From contig CM082591.2 of assembly GCA_040954595.2 (NCBI GenBank), positions 7,616,047-7,680,046 on the forward strand: DNA of 64,000 bases, in the 5' to 3' direction. Source of the DNA: Balanoglossus misakiensis (taxonomy: Eukaryota; Animalia; Hemichordata). Below are positions 50,510 to 64,000 of this stretch, piece by piece; the first letter of the stretch is position 1; every line of letters starts with the position of its first letter. Position numbers and translations under genes: made by a program. The notes beneath the pieces are model-generated. The model did not search any database and was not told the origin of the DNA. It saw only the letters and a program-made list of their open reading frames with translations.

Positions 50510-53152
50510 CAGGGCTCGAATTTAAATTTTTTGAGTGGTATCCTACTTGGGCTACCATTTCCCAAAGTTGGTAGCCATAATTGGTAGTCCACAAATATCG
50601 CCACATTATACAGTTCATGTGACAATGTCACTTCTAACTTTGTACTAGTCATGAGGAAACTGGTGTTCATCAATGCATTTTAACCACAATGGAAAATTTA
50701 GTAATACAGTGGTTCCCTGCCGGTATGTCTTATGTCAGAGTACAGTACTACACACTACGCTCGGCCAGCTGGTTGGCCTCAAAGATTATTGACTAATATG
50801 TTGCAAGTATTTTTATCAACATACTCAAACGACCTAATCAAGATATGCAAATTAGGTAAAGACGCACACAAAAGAGCAGAGGACGCAGTTTGTGGTTTCA
50901 TTGCGTCCCCAGAGACCAAGCAACTGCAAGGAAATAATTAAAGCTGCAAGCAGCATTGAATGGGCCCAAGCATAGAGTGAATAACCATTAGACTCCATTC
51001 AGGGTTGTACCATTCAAATGCGTAGGCTGTACTTGCTCTCGATGTGGAGATATGGGGAAGTAGGCAACCACCCGAAATGCATGTCCTACAAGTACAAACA
51101 CAACAACCAAAGGTGAACTTCTACGTTGTAAGTACTTCAGTAAGTACTTCAAAGGTCAGCTGAGGGTACCCGAAATTGGGCCAAAAATTAGGATTCTTAT
51201 TTGGTTCATATTCAAGACAATGGAAAATCCTCACCCTTTGGGTTTGTCAAATTAGATATGGCCATAATAATGAGTTACGCAAGTAAGTTACAGGTGGCCC
51301 CAGGAATTTAGCATTTCATGACGCAGAGGGTCCTACCCTACCCCTCCAAACACCTGGCTATATATGATGTGCATGCTAACATATGGAAAACAGGTCAATG
51401 GACACCTGAGGTCACCCAAAAATTTGACAAAAAATTTTCATTCCTGTAAGTGTTTATGTCATGTGCAACAAATCCTACATTTGCATCCCTTTCACTTAGC
51501 CTACCATTAGGTATGCACGTAACACATGAATCAAACAGGTGTCACAGGTATCCCCCTGTATTTGGCATTTCATGATAGTTTCATCCCTCCAAATACCAAA
51601 GCTGCACCTGTACAACGTGCTGAGATATGGCACTGTACGACAGAGGTCATACAAATCACCTTATACATTTGGGCAAAAAGCAACTGACACTTACATTCGT
51701 CCCTGTGGAACAAAAACCACACATATCGCCCTGTTGGTTAATATAAAATTAAATGTACAAAATCAATGACTTAGGCAGGTGCAACAGGTGACCCCGCCTT
51801 TGGTATATCATTATGGTCCCATCCGTATATCCCCCCCCCCCCCCCCCACCGCCAAAGCTGCATGCATCTGTGAAATGTCACATAAGGTCGCCCACAACTT
51901 GACAGGAAAATCGGACTTCATATTGATCCATGTGCAACAAAAACCACGCTAGCATCCCTTTCATTGACCCCACAATTACGCATGCACATAATTGAGTTAC
52001 GCAGGTGTCACAGGTGACCCCCGAATCGGGCGTGTTATTTTGGTCCCATACAGCTGCATGAAGCTGCGTGCCATTACGGGCGACCTGATAACCCCCACGG
52101 CCACCTGCGGGCCGAACCCCATACTGACCGTCCAGTTGCAACGTCACGACTGAAGTAGGAACTTTTGAACGGCAACAAAGCCTGATTTCTGATTATTGCT
52201 GGTACCATACTCCCTTCTTGCAATAAAATCACTGGTCTGCTTACGTATTTCGGCCAATTTCCCGAACTACTATCCACTACATGTGACTACCATGCTAATG
52301 AAACCTCCCACAACATTAGCGTCTGAGGGTCAAAGTCCGCTGCCGCATTACATTGAATGTTAACCAGTGTAGCCGGGTCTGCGTATGCACATTTGAACGG
52401 CAACAGCTAACAAACTCAGCGTAATTCAATAAACGCCTAACACAGCCTGAACTCCGATAATGTGTTGTCCCAAAATTCATTCCGAGGAAAATAATCACTG
52501 GTCTGTTTACGTATTTCAGCCGATTTTCCAAGGACTACTGCACCCGCCAGAAGTGAGTACCCTGCTAATGAGATCTCCACAACATTACGTAATGACGGTT
52601 AAAGTCCGATGCCCTAATGTTCGTCCTCAGCCCACCAAAAATGTGAAAAATATTACAAAAATCTTCTCAAAATCGACGTGGCCTAGGACCTTGAAATTTG
52701 GCACAGGGGATTTTGGTCATATGGTATACAAAGTTTGAGAAAAGAATTTAAATGCCGCCATTAACGTGCAAATTAGGTCAATTGAAAATTTCGCTCAAAT
52801 ATAGCCACCAAGTCACGTGACTAATTACAAATTCAAAGGGCAGGTGCACCAGTATTCATGGGCCCCAACTACCGTGCCAAGTTTCATAGGCGTAGGTCCA
52901 GGGATTTTTGAGAAAAACGGGAGCAAAAAAACGACTCACGAAGAAAGAAGAAAAACTCCAGCAATAACAGAAGGGGCCCAAGTGCAGCCACTGAAGCTCG
53001 CTAATGATACTGCGATCAATGAACGGCGCATCGTACGGACTGAAAAATTGCAGTTGCCCGAGTGGGCTACCAAAATTGGAAAATGGTAGCCCTAAGACAG
53101 GTTTTTGGTAGCCCCTGATCCTGGGGCTATAGCCCGTTCATTTCGAGCCCTG
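50510..53152. mobile_element. hAT-like non-autonomous element containing a HINE family A copy
   Basis: TIR CAGGGCTCGAA / TTCGAGCCCTG, subterminal ggctac/gtagcc motifs, 5-bp flanking repeat TTACT. Confidence 0.7.
50937..52985 (-). mobile_element. HINE family A, second copy, without the family B array and with a truncated 5' hairpin
   Basis: Colinear with 16919-18947 joined directly to 24098-24128. Confidence 0.85.
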
Positions 53153-53589
53153 TTACTTATTTATCAAAATTGACCTGCAGTGCATTTAAAAATAAGTGTC
53201 ATTCTTTCATTTCCATGTCTGGAAGGTAGCATATGTGACAGCATTAAAAAAAATGATAAAAAATAAAGTTGCTTTCATTATTATTTCCAAGCTTCAGTAT
53301 TAATAAATCATATATGTGGCCAGATCAATTAATTCAAATCAATAAAAATCGCGTCAAGGACACAGTGGTCCCATTGAGAGATTACACAAGAAAAAGTCTA
53401 CACCGGAGTACATGGCCATATACGGGTACAGACAGACAGACACACACACACACATAGAGAGAGATCAATGGGCATGCAAACACTGACTGACCCATAAGCT
53501 GCCAATGGCATATGTACTGTACATACACTGAATAGAACAGCTGGCCTCTTGAAAACTTAGCCAGTTATGTAATCATTCAGGAATTTGCT

Positions 53590-53939
53590 GTGTATATAAA
53601 CAACTCAATAAAGTAAATACACACCACTTCCCAAAGCAAGCTGACCAGTAGTTCTTGAGTTACTGAGTTTTGACCAAATTCTCATTTTTCCAGCTAATTT
53701 GCATATTTTTGGCAATGACAACTTCATTTGAACAAACTCCCATCTACAGCCCAGCCTGCATCTGCACACCAAATATCGAGGTCATACACGCAGTGGTTTT
53801 CAAAATTTTGATGTGGACGGACATACAGACAGACATACATCCATACATACATACATACATACATACATACATACATACAGACGCAACCGATCCCATAAGG
53901 TTCCATGGTATATAGGCCTATACCAATGGGACCTAAAAA
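53590..53939 (-). mobile_element. 5' end of another HINE/DINE-1-like element with an (ACAT/ACAG)n microsatellite
   Basis: Microsatellite at 53817-53882, then hairpin ggttccatggtata..tataccaatgggacc followed by taaaaa. Confidence 0.6.
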
Positions 53940-56589
53940 TCTTCAAGAATTACATGGTATTTCTGATGTAATTTTACTTTTTTACATAAATCGGTAGGTC
54001 TAATACTGATCCACATCTTGATTAATACGTCTTGGCAGATATGGTGCATAATCACCCCAAAATAGCACTTTTCTGAATGAGTTCACAGCTTAACAAATAG
54101 GTGTCAACAATGCAGATGGCTGTTTTTCTCAGTTTGCATTTTCGCTGCTCTTGACAACTTCAGAAGAATTTAGCTTCGCTCTGCGTGGGCCGAATTTGCT
54201 CAAATTTTAACAGGGGATTGTGTATGACCCATCCAACAAAACAGATTTTTTTTGGTCGATAGAGTGTCCCTGGCGGGAATAAACACTGATTCAATACAAC
54301 CCACTGTGAATTTGATCAAATTTTCTAAAAATCTAACGTTCAAACGCTGTTACTCCTCAATGGAAGCAGATAACGCAAAACAAAATTACAGTTTTTTTTT
54401 GCACGTGTACTCTAGTTTCGAATGACATATTAAGATGCATAATGCATGGTCTACTTTTTTACCTAAATTAAATTGAATGACATAATATCAAAAAATGTTT
54501 TTTTTTAACCCCAAAACGCCTCGATTTCCGTTGCAACTCAAACAAAAGTTCAAAAACTCAGCTTCCAGAATGTATATGGTTTATGGGGGTTTTAATTTTG
54601 TCTTTGATAAGAAATAGGCCTCTGAAAAAGTCTCGACGGTTTCATGTAATGCCACCTTAATTTTGTAACAGAGTGGTTGATTCCTTCACAAGGTAGAACT
54701 TCAATGCATGGTTCACTGCCAAAGCTACAGTAGGTTCAATTGTCATAAACTGGAGAGTCTGGTTCCAAGTACCACAGAGCTGCTCAGTACTTGTCACATA
54801 CCTGTGTTGTAGATGTGATATCAGAGTTTGGAATCTCTTTGCCACCACCCATTTACAACATGTCACCTACCAGGGTTATATGTATTCAGTGTATCCAGTT
54901 AAAAAACAAGATAATAAATCATCAGCTCCAGTAGAACATACCTCTCAAAACGGTTGTTGCGGAGTGGTTGATTCCTTCCCTAGTTAGAGCTTCAATCCAG
55001 GTACATCTGAAATAAGTGATATTAGTCGCATGTAAATACATGTATATTGGTATTCACAATATTCACAATATTCTGGTCATCTTTCAAGCCAAGAAAAGTT
55101 TGGACACTGAATTGTTAAGTTATTTCCAATAGAATTCTTTAAAGGTGTGTTTCTGTTACATGAAAATGAAAAAGGTGTGGCTTTAGTTGGAGGACTGAAA
55201 GAAAAAGACAGAAAATCACACCAAGTTCAATGCAACATTACCTCTTAGTGTTGTAACAGATAAGTTGATTCCTTCACCAGGTAGAAATTCTGTCCTGAGG
55301 CACACAACTGTATCAAGAGCTCTGCAGGTGACATGATCACCGGAATAAAATGGCAGAAAAGTCACTGAGTCAGATTTTTTGTACCTCGAGATACCAAGCA
55401 CGATTGTCATGTGATCTGAGTAAATATCTGTGTTGTACATCTAGTCTGGTCTCTGTCAAAGTTCAACTGACATCGTCCATTTAGAACATGTCAGCTATTG
55501 AAGTTCAGTTATTAACTTAGAAAATGTTTCACTGCAACTAACTAAATAATTATCAAATGTTTTAAATATTTTTTGGTGACTGGAACTCTGTCATCTTCTA
55601 TTCAATTCAAATATATTTCTTTCTGTTGGATTTCCATATAATGTGTGTTAACAGGACAGTTGGATATATGAGGTAAAGGTCAGATAAGGTCTATTGCAGA
55701 TAAAGCCAGTTGCAACAGTTAAGGATGTACGTGCAGAACATAACTGATAAAGAGTGCATGTGTGTCTTTTTTCCGTAGGATTACATTGATAATTGCTGGA
55801 AAACAAACTACTATTTTCACAAAATATTACACATAGCTCAGTCATGTAAAAATAGATTCATTGGTCAAATAAAATTGTGTGGTCACCGCGCTCTATTTTG
55901 CGATAAATTTTGTTAACAGTTTTACCTATAGAAAAACCATTGGTGGAAAATGCTGAGTCAGCAGTTTTCTTCTATTATTGACTAAATTCATGGTTCTGTA
56001 TTTTCATAACAAGTGCGGTGACCCTATTTCTGACAAGATTCCAAATTGACAACAACAGGTATGAATAATGCCAACAAGTAGAGTATTAATGGTTTATTTT
56101 TTGCAATGAATCAAGTAGTACCTGAAATATTCACATATTCACCAAATCAAAGGTGCCTGGTCTCTTTCATAAATGTAAAAAATTAAGGTTTTGATTAATT
56201 GTACTTTGCCATGAAAGGATTGAAGTCTGTCACCTGAGGGGGGGGGGGATAACTGTGTTAGCGCGGGGTTTTGAAATTTATTAGCCACTGTAGCTAATAG
56301 TTTCATTTTTTGATTAGCCACAAGAAGATTTCATTAGCCACACTTTTTTTTACAAAAATATTGTTTCTCGTGTGAATTTTCATCTTGTTGTGCATGTACA
56401 TTAAATTAAAAAGTCAACACATTTCTCTCGTGTTTGCAGAGTTTTATTTCCAATATTCAATGAACATTCATACAGTATTCCACTCTACAATTATGCATCA
56501 ATGTCCTTTTCATTTAACAAAGAGGTGATTTTTTTCTACATGGGAAGCAACATTTTCAACAGATTTAAGGATGCTGTCTACATCACAAT

Positions 56590-57480
56590 CATCATTCTGC
56601 AAGGAAGCATTGTGCCTTTCTACTCTAGTCATCATATTAGAGAAAGCAGATCTAGTCCTTCATGTTAATCCACACATGAAATGCCGACTCTTTGCATAGC
56701 CTTACACAATCTTGCTAACAACCCAATGGCATCAGCTGCAAAGTATGTCATGGCAATAAACTGGTATATGTTGCAACTCGTTTTAACATCCCTGCTGCTA
56801 AATATTTGTGGTTCGAATCCTTTGAAATTTGTACTAACCATGAAATTACACTGTCTAAGCAACCAACAAGAGCATCTACACAATCACTGAATGAAAGCCA
56901 TCGAGTGAAAAACACTTGTTTGATTTTTTTGGCTGCCGATTCACCATGAGCAGCTTTGCTCATTCCAAGCATTCTGAGTAATTTAGGCGAAAAACTTTTA
57001 ACAATTTACCATCTCATTCAGGTCACGTATGTATTTAATCAGGTATGGCACCTGATTTGCTGCTTTCTCACTTGCAAGTGCTAGTCTATGTGCCAACCAA
57101 TGATTTGCAACAAGAAAAGGGTTGTGTTCTCTAAATCTGGTTGTAACACCTGTTTTCACTCCCCTCATGACACTTGCTCCGTCCGTGGCAAGACATATTA
57201 AATTGGCAGGATTGAGTTGTTTATCAACCAAAAGACTAGAAATGACGTCATAAATATCTAAAGCAGTACAACCCTCTAATTTATTCACACTTAGAAAATG
57301 TGATTCCACTTCGCCATCTACATTTACAAATCTAACATAAATCATCAAAGTGGTAAAGATGACATGCCTCATCTAACTGTACTGCATACACTTTGAATGG
57401 ACAGTTTTTAATGTTAGATAAAACCTCCTTCTCAATGACGGTCTTGATCGAATCATAGAAATCATCCAGACACTTGTGAT
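56590..57480 (-). pseudogene. hAT transposase relic (ZNF862/DUF4371-like)
   Basis: Motifs ATDGASVMRG, HWLAHRLALA and TRWLS; fragmented by stops and frameshifts. Confidence 0.85.
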
Positions 57481-58084
57481 GCGTGTAGTAATATTTAGAC
57501 CCATGCTCCAGAAGTTGCGAAGATTCACACCCCCGTGGTCATTTTATAAAAATGAAATTGATAATCACTCATCTTTTTTTCATTCTTCCACTGTTAGATT
57601 TGCTGCCAGCAAACCAGTCTTGCAGCGTGATATGAGAAGTGCAACTTCTTCGGCATATGGCAAGGTCAAAGATAGTATTATTGCCCAGTTACGGACAGCG
57701 GTATACTATGGCCAAAGAGCAGTTGTCTACTAGGAAAATGGAAGCTTTGATGGAGCTGCAGGTATTAAATGTAGGTGGTGGGTTTATGGGCTTTAGCCTT
57801 ATTTAATCTATAAATTCTGTTTTTGTTCTTCAGACTGTCATGCATAATATGTGTTACATAAATATTTCTGTCTATTCATTTTCATTTTCTTATCCAATCA
57901 CAAATACCGTTTTACATCTCCCTTCAAACTCATTGCCCTGTCCTGGGTATTGACCTGACCACCTCATGCAGTTAAAATGACCTATGACCTTGGTAGTTTG
58001 ACCCTTGACTTGTCATGGTAGTTGGTTCATGACAATATCATCAGGGCAAGGTGGCTAACCCAGAACATTGTTTTTCACATCTAA

Positions 58085-61000
58085 ACCAGACAGAATGATT
58101 ACTATAACTTTGGGTTGGCATTAATTACACAGTGCAAAGACATGTCGTATATGTCAAATGGCAGAAAGGAAGATTCTGGTAAAGGGGAATTTACTTGTAT
58201 TTCAAATGAAGGGCGAAGTGTTGTAGACTATGTACTTGTATCACGAGATTTATTCTCCAGTGTAATGTCATTTTCGGTACCGATACGAGATGAATCGGAC
58301 CATTTACCTGTATGTTGCACCTTCAAAGTAAATATTCAATATAAGTGTAAAGTACACAGTAGTACTCTAGTCAAAACTGTACGTTGGCGAAATGAATATA
58401 GTTGTTACAAGAATTCAAAGAAAACCTCAGCTCTGGCGAAAATAGAGATTTTTTGCATAACTTGCGGTTTGTAAATGACCTGGGCGTTAACGATGATGTT
58501 GAGGGGGTGACGCATGTTTTGAAAAGTGCAGCGAAAGATATGTTTTCTTTGGTTAGACGAAATCACAGAGATTACCACTGCAGAATGGATTGGTTTGATT
58601 CTGAGTGTTCGAAGTCAAACACAAACATGCGGAAAAGTTTACAGAGATTTCGTAACTCAGGTTTAAAAAAAGATTTTGATAATTATAAGAGGGAAACAAG
58701 TTGTTATAAAAACTTGACACGCTGTAAAAAGCGAGAATATGACGAGAAAGAACAGGTTTTAGGCTGCATTCACAAACACCTCTGGAGGGGGGGGGGCGGG
58801 AGAATTCAATTTTTTTTACCGCTAATTTTCACATGCCCCCCTTCCAAACTGCCAATATTTTCAAATCCCCCCCTTCCGAACTGCCAAAATTTTGAAATCC
58901 CCCCCCATTTTCTTTCACAGAGCAAAACACATCACCTATCTATCTTGTAAAAAGAAAAACAGCACTCCCATGAAAAGAATTTGAAACTGATTTTTCCCCT
59001 CATCAGTGGGTATTAAAACTGAACATTGCTTTTATTTTTTAAGTACATATATTTGTATTCTGTGTTGGGAGACATTGTAAACCGATAATTGAAGGGGGTG
59101 GGTTTGGGAGGGGGTGTCCCCCTCCCACGTAAGAAAATTTTCTAAAATACAGAGCTCAAAGCTGCATTTTAATGAACCCGGCAAAAGCAAATTAACTCAA
59201 CTACCGGTATGTTGGGGAGGACAAATTTAACCGTCGCCGCTCAAAGTTATCATGGGGTGGGGGCAAGTCCCCTGACCTGGGACACTAGATAAACCAGTCA
59301 ATGATTGAAAGGTGTTGATGAATGGAGGGGGTGGGTGTGGGAGGGGGTGTCCCCCTCCCACATTAGAAAATTTTGTAAAATAAAGGGCGCGAAACTGCAT
59401 TTTTGTGGACTCAAAATAAATATTTAGTCGTTAAAGTTTACAAGTCCCCCCCTTTCAGTCCCTAAATTATTTCAAATCCCCCCCCTTACATACCCTTAAT
59501 TTTTTCAAATCCCCCCCCTCAATTCTCCTGCCCCCCCCCCCTCCAGAGGTGTTTGTGAATGCAGCCTTAATAAGAAGAAATATGACAGATGAAAAGAGTA
59601 TTTGGAGTGTAATTAAATTAAGGAAACGTGGTCATCGGCAGCACGGTTTAATATCACTGGACGAATGGCTGACATATTTTCGACGCTTTTTGAAGTGTCA
59701 GTAGAGGATACAACCTTAAATTCAGTTTTTATAAGCGAACTGGATAAGTTCCTAAATGAGTTTGATCCATTACATGAGTCGATAAATGGTAATTTAATGT
59801 TCTCGAATATTTTGAATGGTATGATTACTGATGATTAGATTCTGAAGGCCATAAGTAAGCTTAATAAGAACAATAAATCAGCAGGGCCTGATATGTTAGT
59901 AGCAGAATTCTTTAAGAATTCAACAGATATTCTGTTACCCTTCCTAAATAAATTGTACAATGTTATTTTTGATCAGAGTGTGTTCCCAAGGAGTTGGGCA
60001 ATTGGTACAATTGTGCCTATTTTCAAGAAAAATGATCCAAGCAAACCTGATAATTTATAGAGCTATTACACTGCTAAGTGTTTTTCGTAAAATTTTCACG
60101 AGTGTTCTTAACGAACGCATAAAAGAGTGGGCAAATCTGAGCGAGTCTATCCCAGAATGCCAAGCGGGGTTTCGTAAAGGCTATTCAATGGTGGACCACT
60201 TTTTTACATTATACGCAATAATCCAGAAATCGCTACTGGGCAGAGGAAAGAAATTGTACTGCCTTTATATTGATTTTGAGAAAGCGTTCGACTCTGTTGA
60301 CAGAACCTGCCTTTTGTATAGACTTGCCTTGGATGGCATTGACGGGAAAATGTATGAAATGCTGAAAGCTATGTATGCCGATGTGAAAGCCAGTGTGAGG
60401 GTTGCTGATGTTACTTCAGATCTGTTTGATTTGCAGAAGGGCGTTCGTCAAGGCTGTTTGTTAAGTCCGATTTTATTTAGCTTTTATATAAATGAGCTTG
60501 TAAAGGTGTTGGAGAATTCTGGATTAAGCGGAATTCAGTTACTTCCAAATGATGCTCTCCAGTTATTTCTTTTATTATATGCTGACGATATTGTTTTGTT
60601 TTCAAACTCAGTTGTTGGCTTAAAAAGACTTACTGAAATCCTGTATGATTTTACTGTGAAATGGAAAATGAAGGTTAATTTATCAAAAACAAAAGTGGTT
60701 GTATACAGGAAAGGCGGGTACCTTAGTAGATATGAGCGTTGGTTTTTCGGTGGACAAGAGCTAAAAGTTGAAAGCGCCTACGAATATCTTGGTCTAGTTA
60801 TTTCTACCAAAATTTCATTAGCGGTAACTACGAAAATTATGGCTGTAAAAGCCAGGAAAAAATGTTTACACTTGGAAAATATATTAAGAACATGAAATAC
60901 TTACCTCCAGAAATGTATTTTAAAATTTTTGATGTTTTTATTTTACCCTTACTTAGTTACGGGTCAGAAGTATGGGGATTTCAACCATATGAACATTTGG

Positions 61001-61914
61001 AAAGAGTTCACTCATTATATTGCCGGCGATTTTTAGGTGTGTCAAATAGCACACCAAGATGTACAGTTCTGGGAGATTGCGGTAGATTACCTTTATTCTG
61101 TTATTATGTAAAAAGATGTGTTAAGTACTGGATCCATATACTAGAAATGTCAGAGTCACGACTTCCACATAAAGCATACAAAATGTTACTTGAAAAAGAC
61201 AAACAAGGAAAACATACATGGGCTACCGATGTGACAAATTTGTTGTTTTGTTATGGCCTAGGGCACGTGTGGCTAAATCAAGGTGTAGGTAACACAGATA
61301 TTTTTCTGTCAGAATTTATAACAAGAGTAAATGATGTAAAAAGGCAGGAATGGTGGTCGGATGTAAGTACAAATGAGAAAACAAACTATTACAGGAATTT
61401 CAAAACAGATTTAACACTTGAACTGTATATTTCATGTATTGATTTTTTCAAGTATCGCCGAGCCTTGGCAAGATTTAGATGTGGAAGCCATCGACTAGAA
61501 ATTGAAACTGGGCGTCACAGACAAATAGACAAGGTGTTGAGGATCTGTAAATTTTGTCAGAAAGATATAGAAGATGAATATCATTTTCTGTTAGTATATG
61601 CCCTTTCTGGAATTTTTTGAGGAAAAAGTACCTGCCATGTGAATTTTACAGGTCACCTTCCCTATACTCTTTAAAAACTTTAATGGAGACAAAAGATGTA
61701 AATCAAATCAAGAATTTAGCTTTATTTATCTTTCATGCGTTCAGAGTTAAAGAAGCAGAGTGTGCGTTAGAATTGGTTGGTTGTTTGTTTGTTTGTTTGT
61801 TCTTCTTTCCTCATGATATGTTATTATAATTCAGTCTTAGGACGGTGTCACTTGAACGACTTCAAGATTCTGTATTCATATAAGGGGCCGGAGGCCTACA
61901 TTATGCATAAATAA

Positions 61915-61946
<32 letters not shown>
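58085..61946 (+). mobile_element. 5'-truncated RTE-X-like LINE (APE C-terminus, RT, C-terminal Cys/His motif, (ATT)n tail)
   Basis: SVVDY...SDHLP; QAGFR, DFEKAFD, GVRQGCLLSP, YADD; RICKFC..EDEYHFLL; AATAAA followed by (ATT)n at about 61908-61946. Confidence 0.88.
58762..59566. mobile_element. PIF/Harbinger-type MITE inserted in the LINE
   Basis: TIR GGCTGCATTCACAAACACCTCTGGAGGGGG and TTA TSD (58759-58761, 59567-59569). Confidence 0.88.
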
Positions 61947-61947
<1 letters not shown>

Positions 61948-61949
61948 TA

Positions 61950-62091
61950 AGCAATAAAACACCCCCAGCCATGGTATACCACGAGATTTTGACCAGTGCA
62001 CGACATATACGCACGAGCGATAGCGAGTGCGTATATGGAGTTGAACTGGTCAAAATCGAGTGGTATACCATGGCTGGGGTGTTTTATTGCT
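61950..62091. repeat. ~140-bp imperfect palindrome, possibly the end of a non-autonomous Crypton-like element
   Basis: agcaataaaacacccc..agccatggtataccac...gtggtataccatggctggggtgttttattgct. Confidence 0.7.
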
Positions 62092-62379
62092 ATTATATTA
62101 TGCCGGTATATTGAAACTTGGCATAAAACATTTTAAAAAGGCATTTTCTTTGACTATGATATATGACTGTGGTATATGGCTAATATATCACGGTCACGTG
62201 TCGTGTCTCGACCAATCAAATAGCGTGATTTACACCATCAATATACTGGTATAATATAATTTAATTTATTTCATATACTATGTTCACAACTGCTATGCTC
62301 CCATCAACTGGGAAACTGAATGATTGAACTTTCTGTTTGAATAATTCATGTATTTTTTTGCTACCACCTACACTGCTAT

Positions 62380-62690
62380 AGTCAGCACATGACAGTATAT
62401 ACTTGAAAATGGATAACTTTTTATCAAACCACTTCAGCTGATCTTGAATGCTGTCTGATATTTTTTTTTCAAAATGTATTTCTTTCACTTCTAGACTAGT
62501 ACTTCTACTTGCACTGTTTTTTTTCAAAACCCATTTCTCATAGCTTGCACTGGTGCAATTTGATATGACAATACACAATGAATTCCATCAGTATAACATA
62601 AGATACAAAATCTGAGGGGGAAATGACAGAATATATTTGTGTGAGGCCATTTGTGTGTGCGGGCCATTTTTAAGACTAAATTTAAAACAG
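62380..62690 (+). repeat. Dispersed repeat homologous to the foldback-element core (about 24590-24935)
   Basis: Shared ctatagtcagcacatgac..tacttgaaaa..cagctgatc..ttgcactggtgc..aatatatttgtg..ggccattt. Confidence 0.75.
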
Positions 62691-62953
62691 TTATCAGAGC
62701 CCTTGACAAGTGGTTTTTTCCCCTGCCAAGCAACCACCTTATCAAGCTTCATTCAATATTACATGAGCAAAACAGTTCAGCATTTCACCTAGGTGTTTGC
62801 AAATTGTTCCTTTCACCCATATACCAAACCACTGTTCTCCAAACATGCTGCTCAATAATCATCCACTACACACTGAGAGAGCACCAAGTGTCCTTGACGC
62901 TATTTTTTTATTTCTTTTTAATATCGAATCATTATTATTTTCAACAACAACAA

Positions 62954-62986
<33 letters not shown>

Positions 62987-63626
62987 GAGATCGAGCGCCC
63001 TGTGCTTTGGAGAGCTGAACAAGAAACCATGGTTGATACTCAGAAAAAAATACTGGAAAAAATAGTCAAAACAGATTATGCCGGTAGTGCATGTACTGAT
63101 TGTACACAAAAGTAGTTGGGCCAAAGGGCTCAGTTACAGGTCAGAGTTCATTAGTGAAAAAATGAAATTCTACTTTGAAACCTTACATGTTTTATTTTCT
63201 TGTCAGATGTCAATAAGTCTCACCACAACATAATGAATGAACACGAGAGTGAAAAAAACTCACCAAAATGAATAATCAGTCTTTACCATTTATTCAGTTT
63301 GGGCGAGATTTTACTCGCATAATTGCTACATATGGGATGGAAGTTGTGTGTGGTCAAACCTTGATTCACTATATATCCACATGTAGAATAATATAAACAT
63401 TGTCTTGTATCAAACATAATTAATGAAAAAAAGGCAGCGAGAGAGAGACTTTGTCCCTTTAATCTTGCTGCTAGAAGGATTTGGAATTCTCATGGTTTGT
63501 CCCATCCCAATAGCAAACATTCCCAATATCCCGTCTTATATTTGGTTTTACCCATTTGATACCCTCTGTGCCTACAACTAATGTTTGTGTAAACTTAATC
63601 TGAAAAATAAAATTCTGTTTCCATTA

Positions 63627-64000
63627 GGCTGCATTCACAAACACCTCTGGAGGGGGGGGGGGGGAGAATTCAATTTTTTTTACCGCTAATTTTCACATGC
63701 CCCCCTATACAACCTGAAATATTTTGAAATCCCCCCCTTCCGAACTGCCAAAATTTTGAAATCCCCCCCCCCATTTTCTTTCACAGAGCAAAACACATCA
63801 CCTATCTATCTTGTAAAAAAGAAAAACAGCGCTCCCATGAAAAGAATTTGAAACTGATGTTTCCCCTCATCAGCGGGTATTAAAACTGAACATTGTTTTT
63901 ATTTTTTAAGTATTTGCAAATTCTGTGTTGGGAGACATTGTAAACCGAGAATTGAAGGGGGTGGGTTTGGGAGGGGGTGTCCCCCTCCCACGTAAGAAAA
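63627..64000. mobile_element. Second copy of the same Harbinger-type MITE (runs off the window)
   Basis: TTA followed by the same TIR and a colinear interior. Confidence 0.88.

Overview
AT-rich, intron-containing eukaryotic DNA. The repeat repertoire suggests a marine invertebrate such as a hemichordate-like deuterostome (inference only). The window holds two tandem paralogues of a minus-strand multi-exon gene about 32.5 kb apart: copy A at 10274..<1 and a complete copy B at 42843..31770. I assembled copy B by hand into 9 phase-compatible GT-AG exons encoding about 1677 aa. The architecture is unusual: 2-3 tandem 140-aa repeats of a glycosyltransferase N-terminal half-domain, a GT-B/GT4-like domain, a TRADD-N-like domain, a coiled coil, a low-complexity linker and an NHL beta-propeller. 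It resembles a modular innate-immune receptor/effector, and three separate modules differ in copy number between the paralogues. Between the copies is a four-level transposon nest: a PAT-like tyrosine-recombinase retrotransposon (10407-27476) carries an IS3EU-type foldback element with >1-kb minisatellite-bearing TIRs and a 6-bp TSD (15922-26654), which carries a Helentron-type HINE, which carries a 4-unit array of a second HINE. The right part contains a decayed Gypsy pol interrupted by three DNA-element insertions, a hAT-like element with a second copy of the HINE, a hAT transposase relic, an RTE-X-like LINE with a Harbinger-type MITE, and a long hairpin. All coordinates were read by eye, and no database searches were run.
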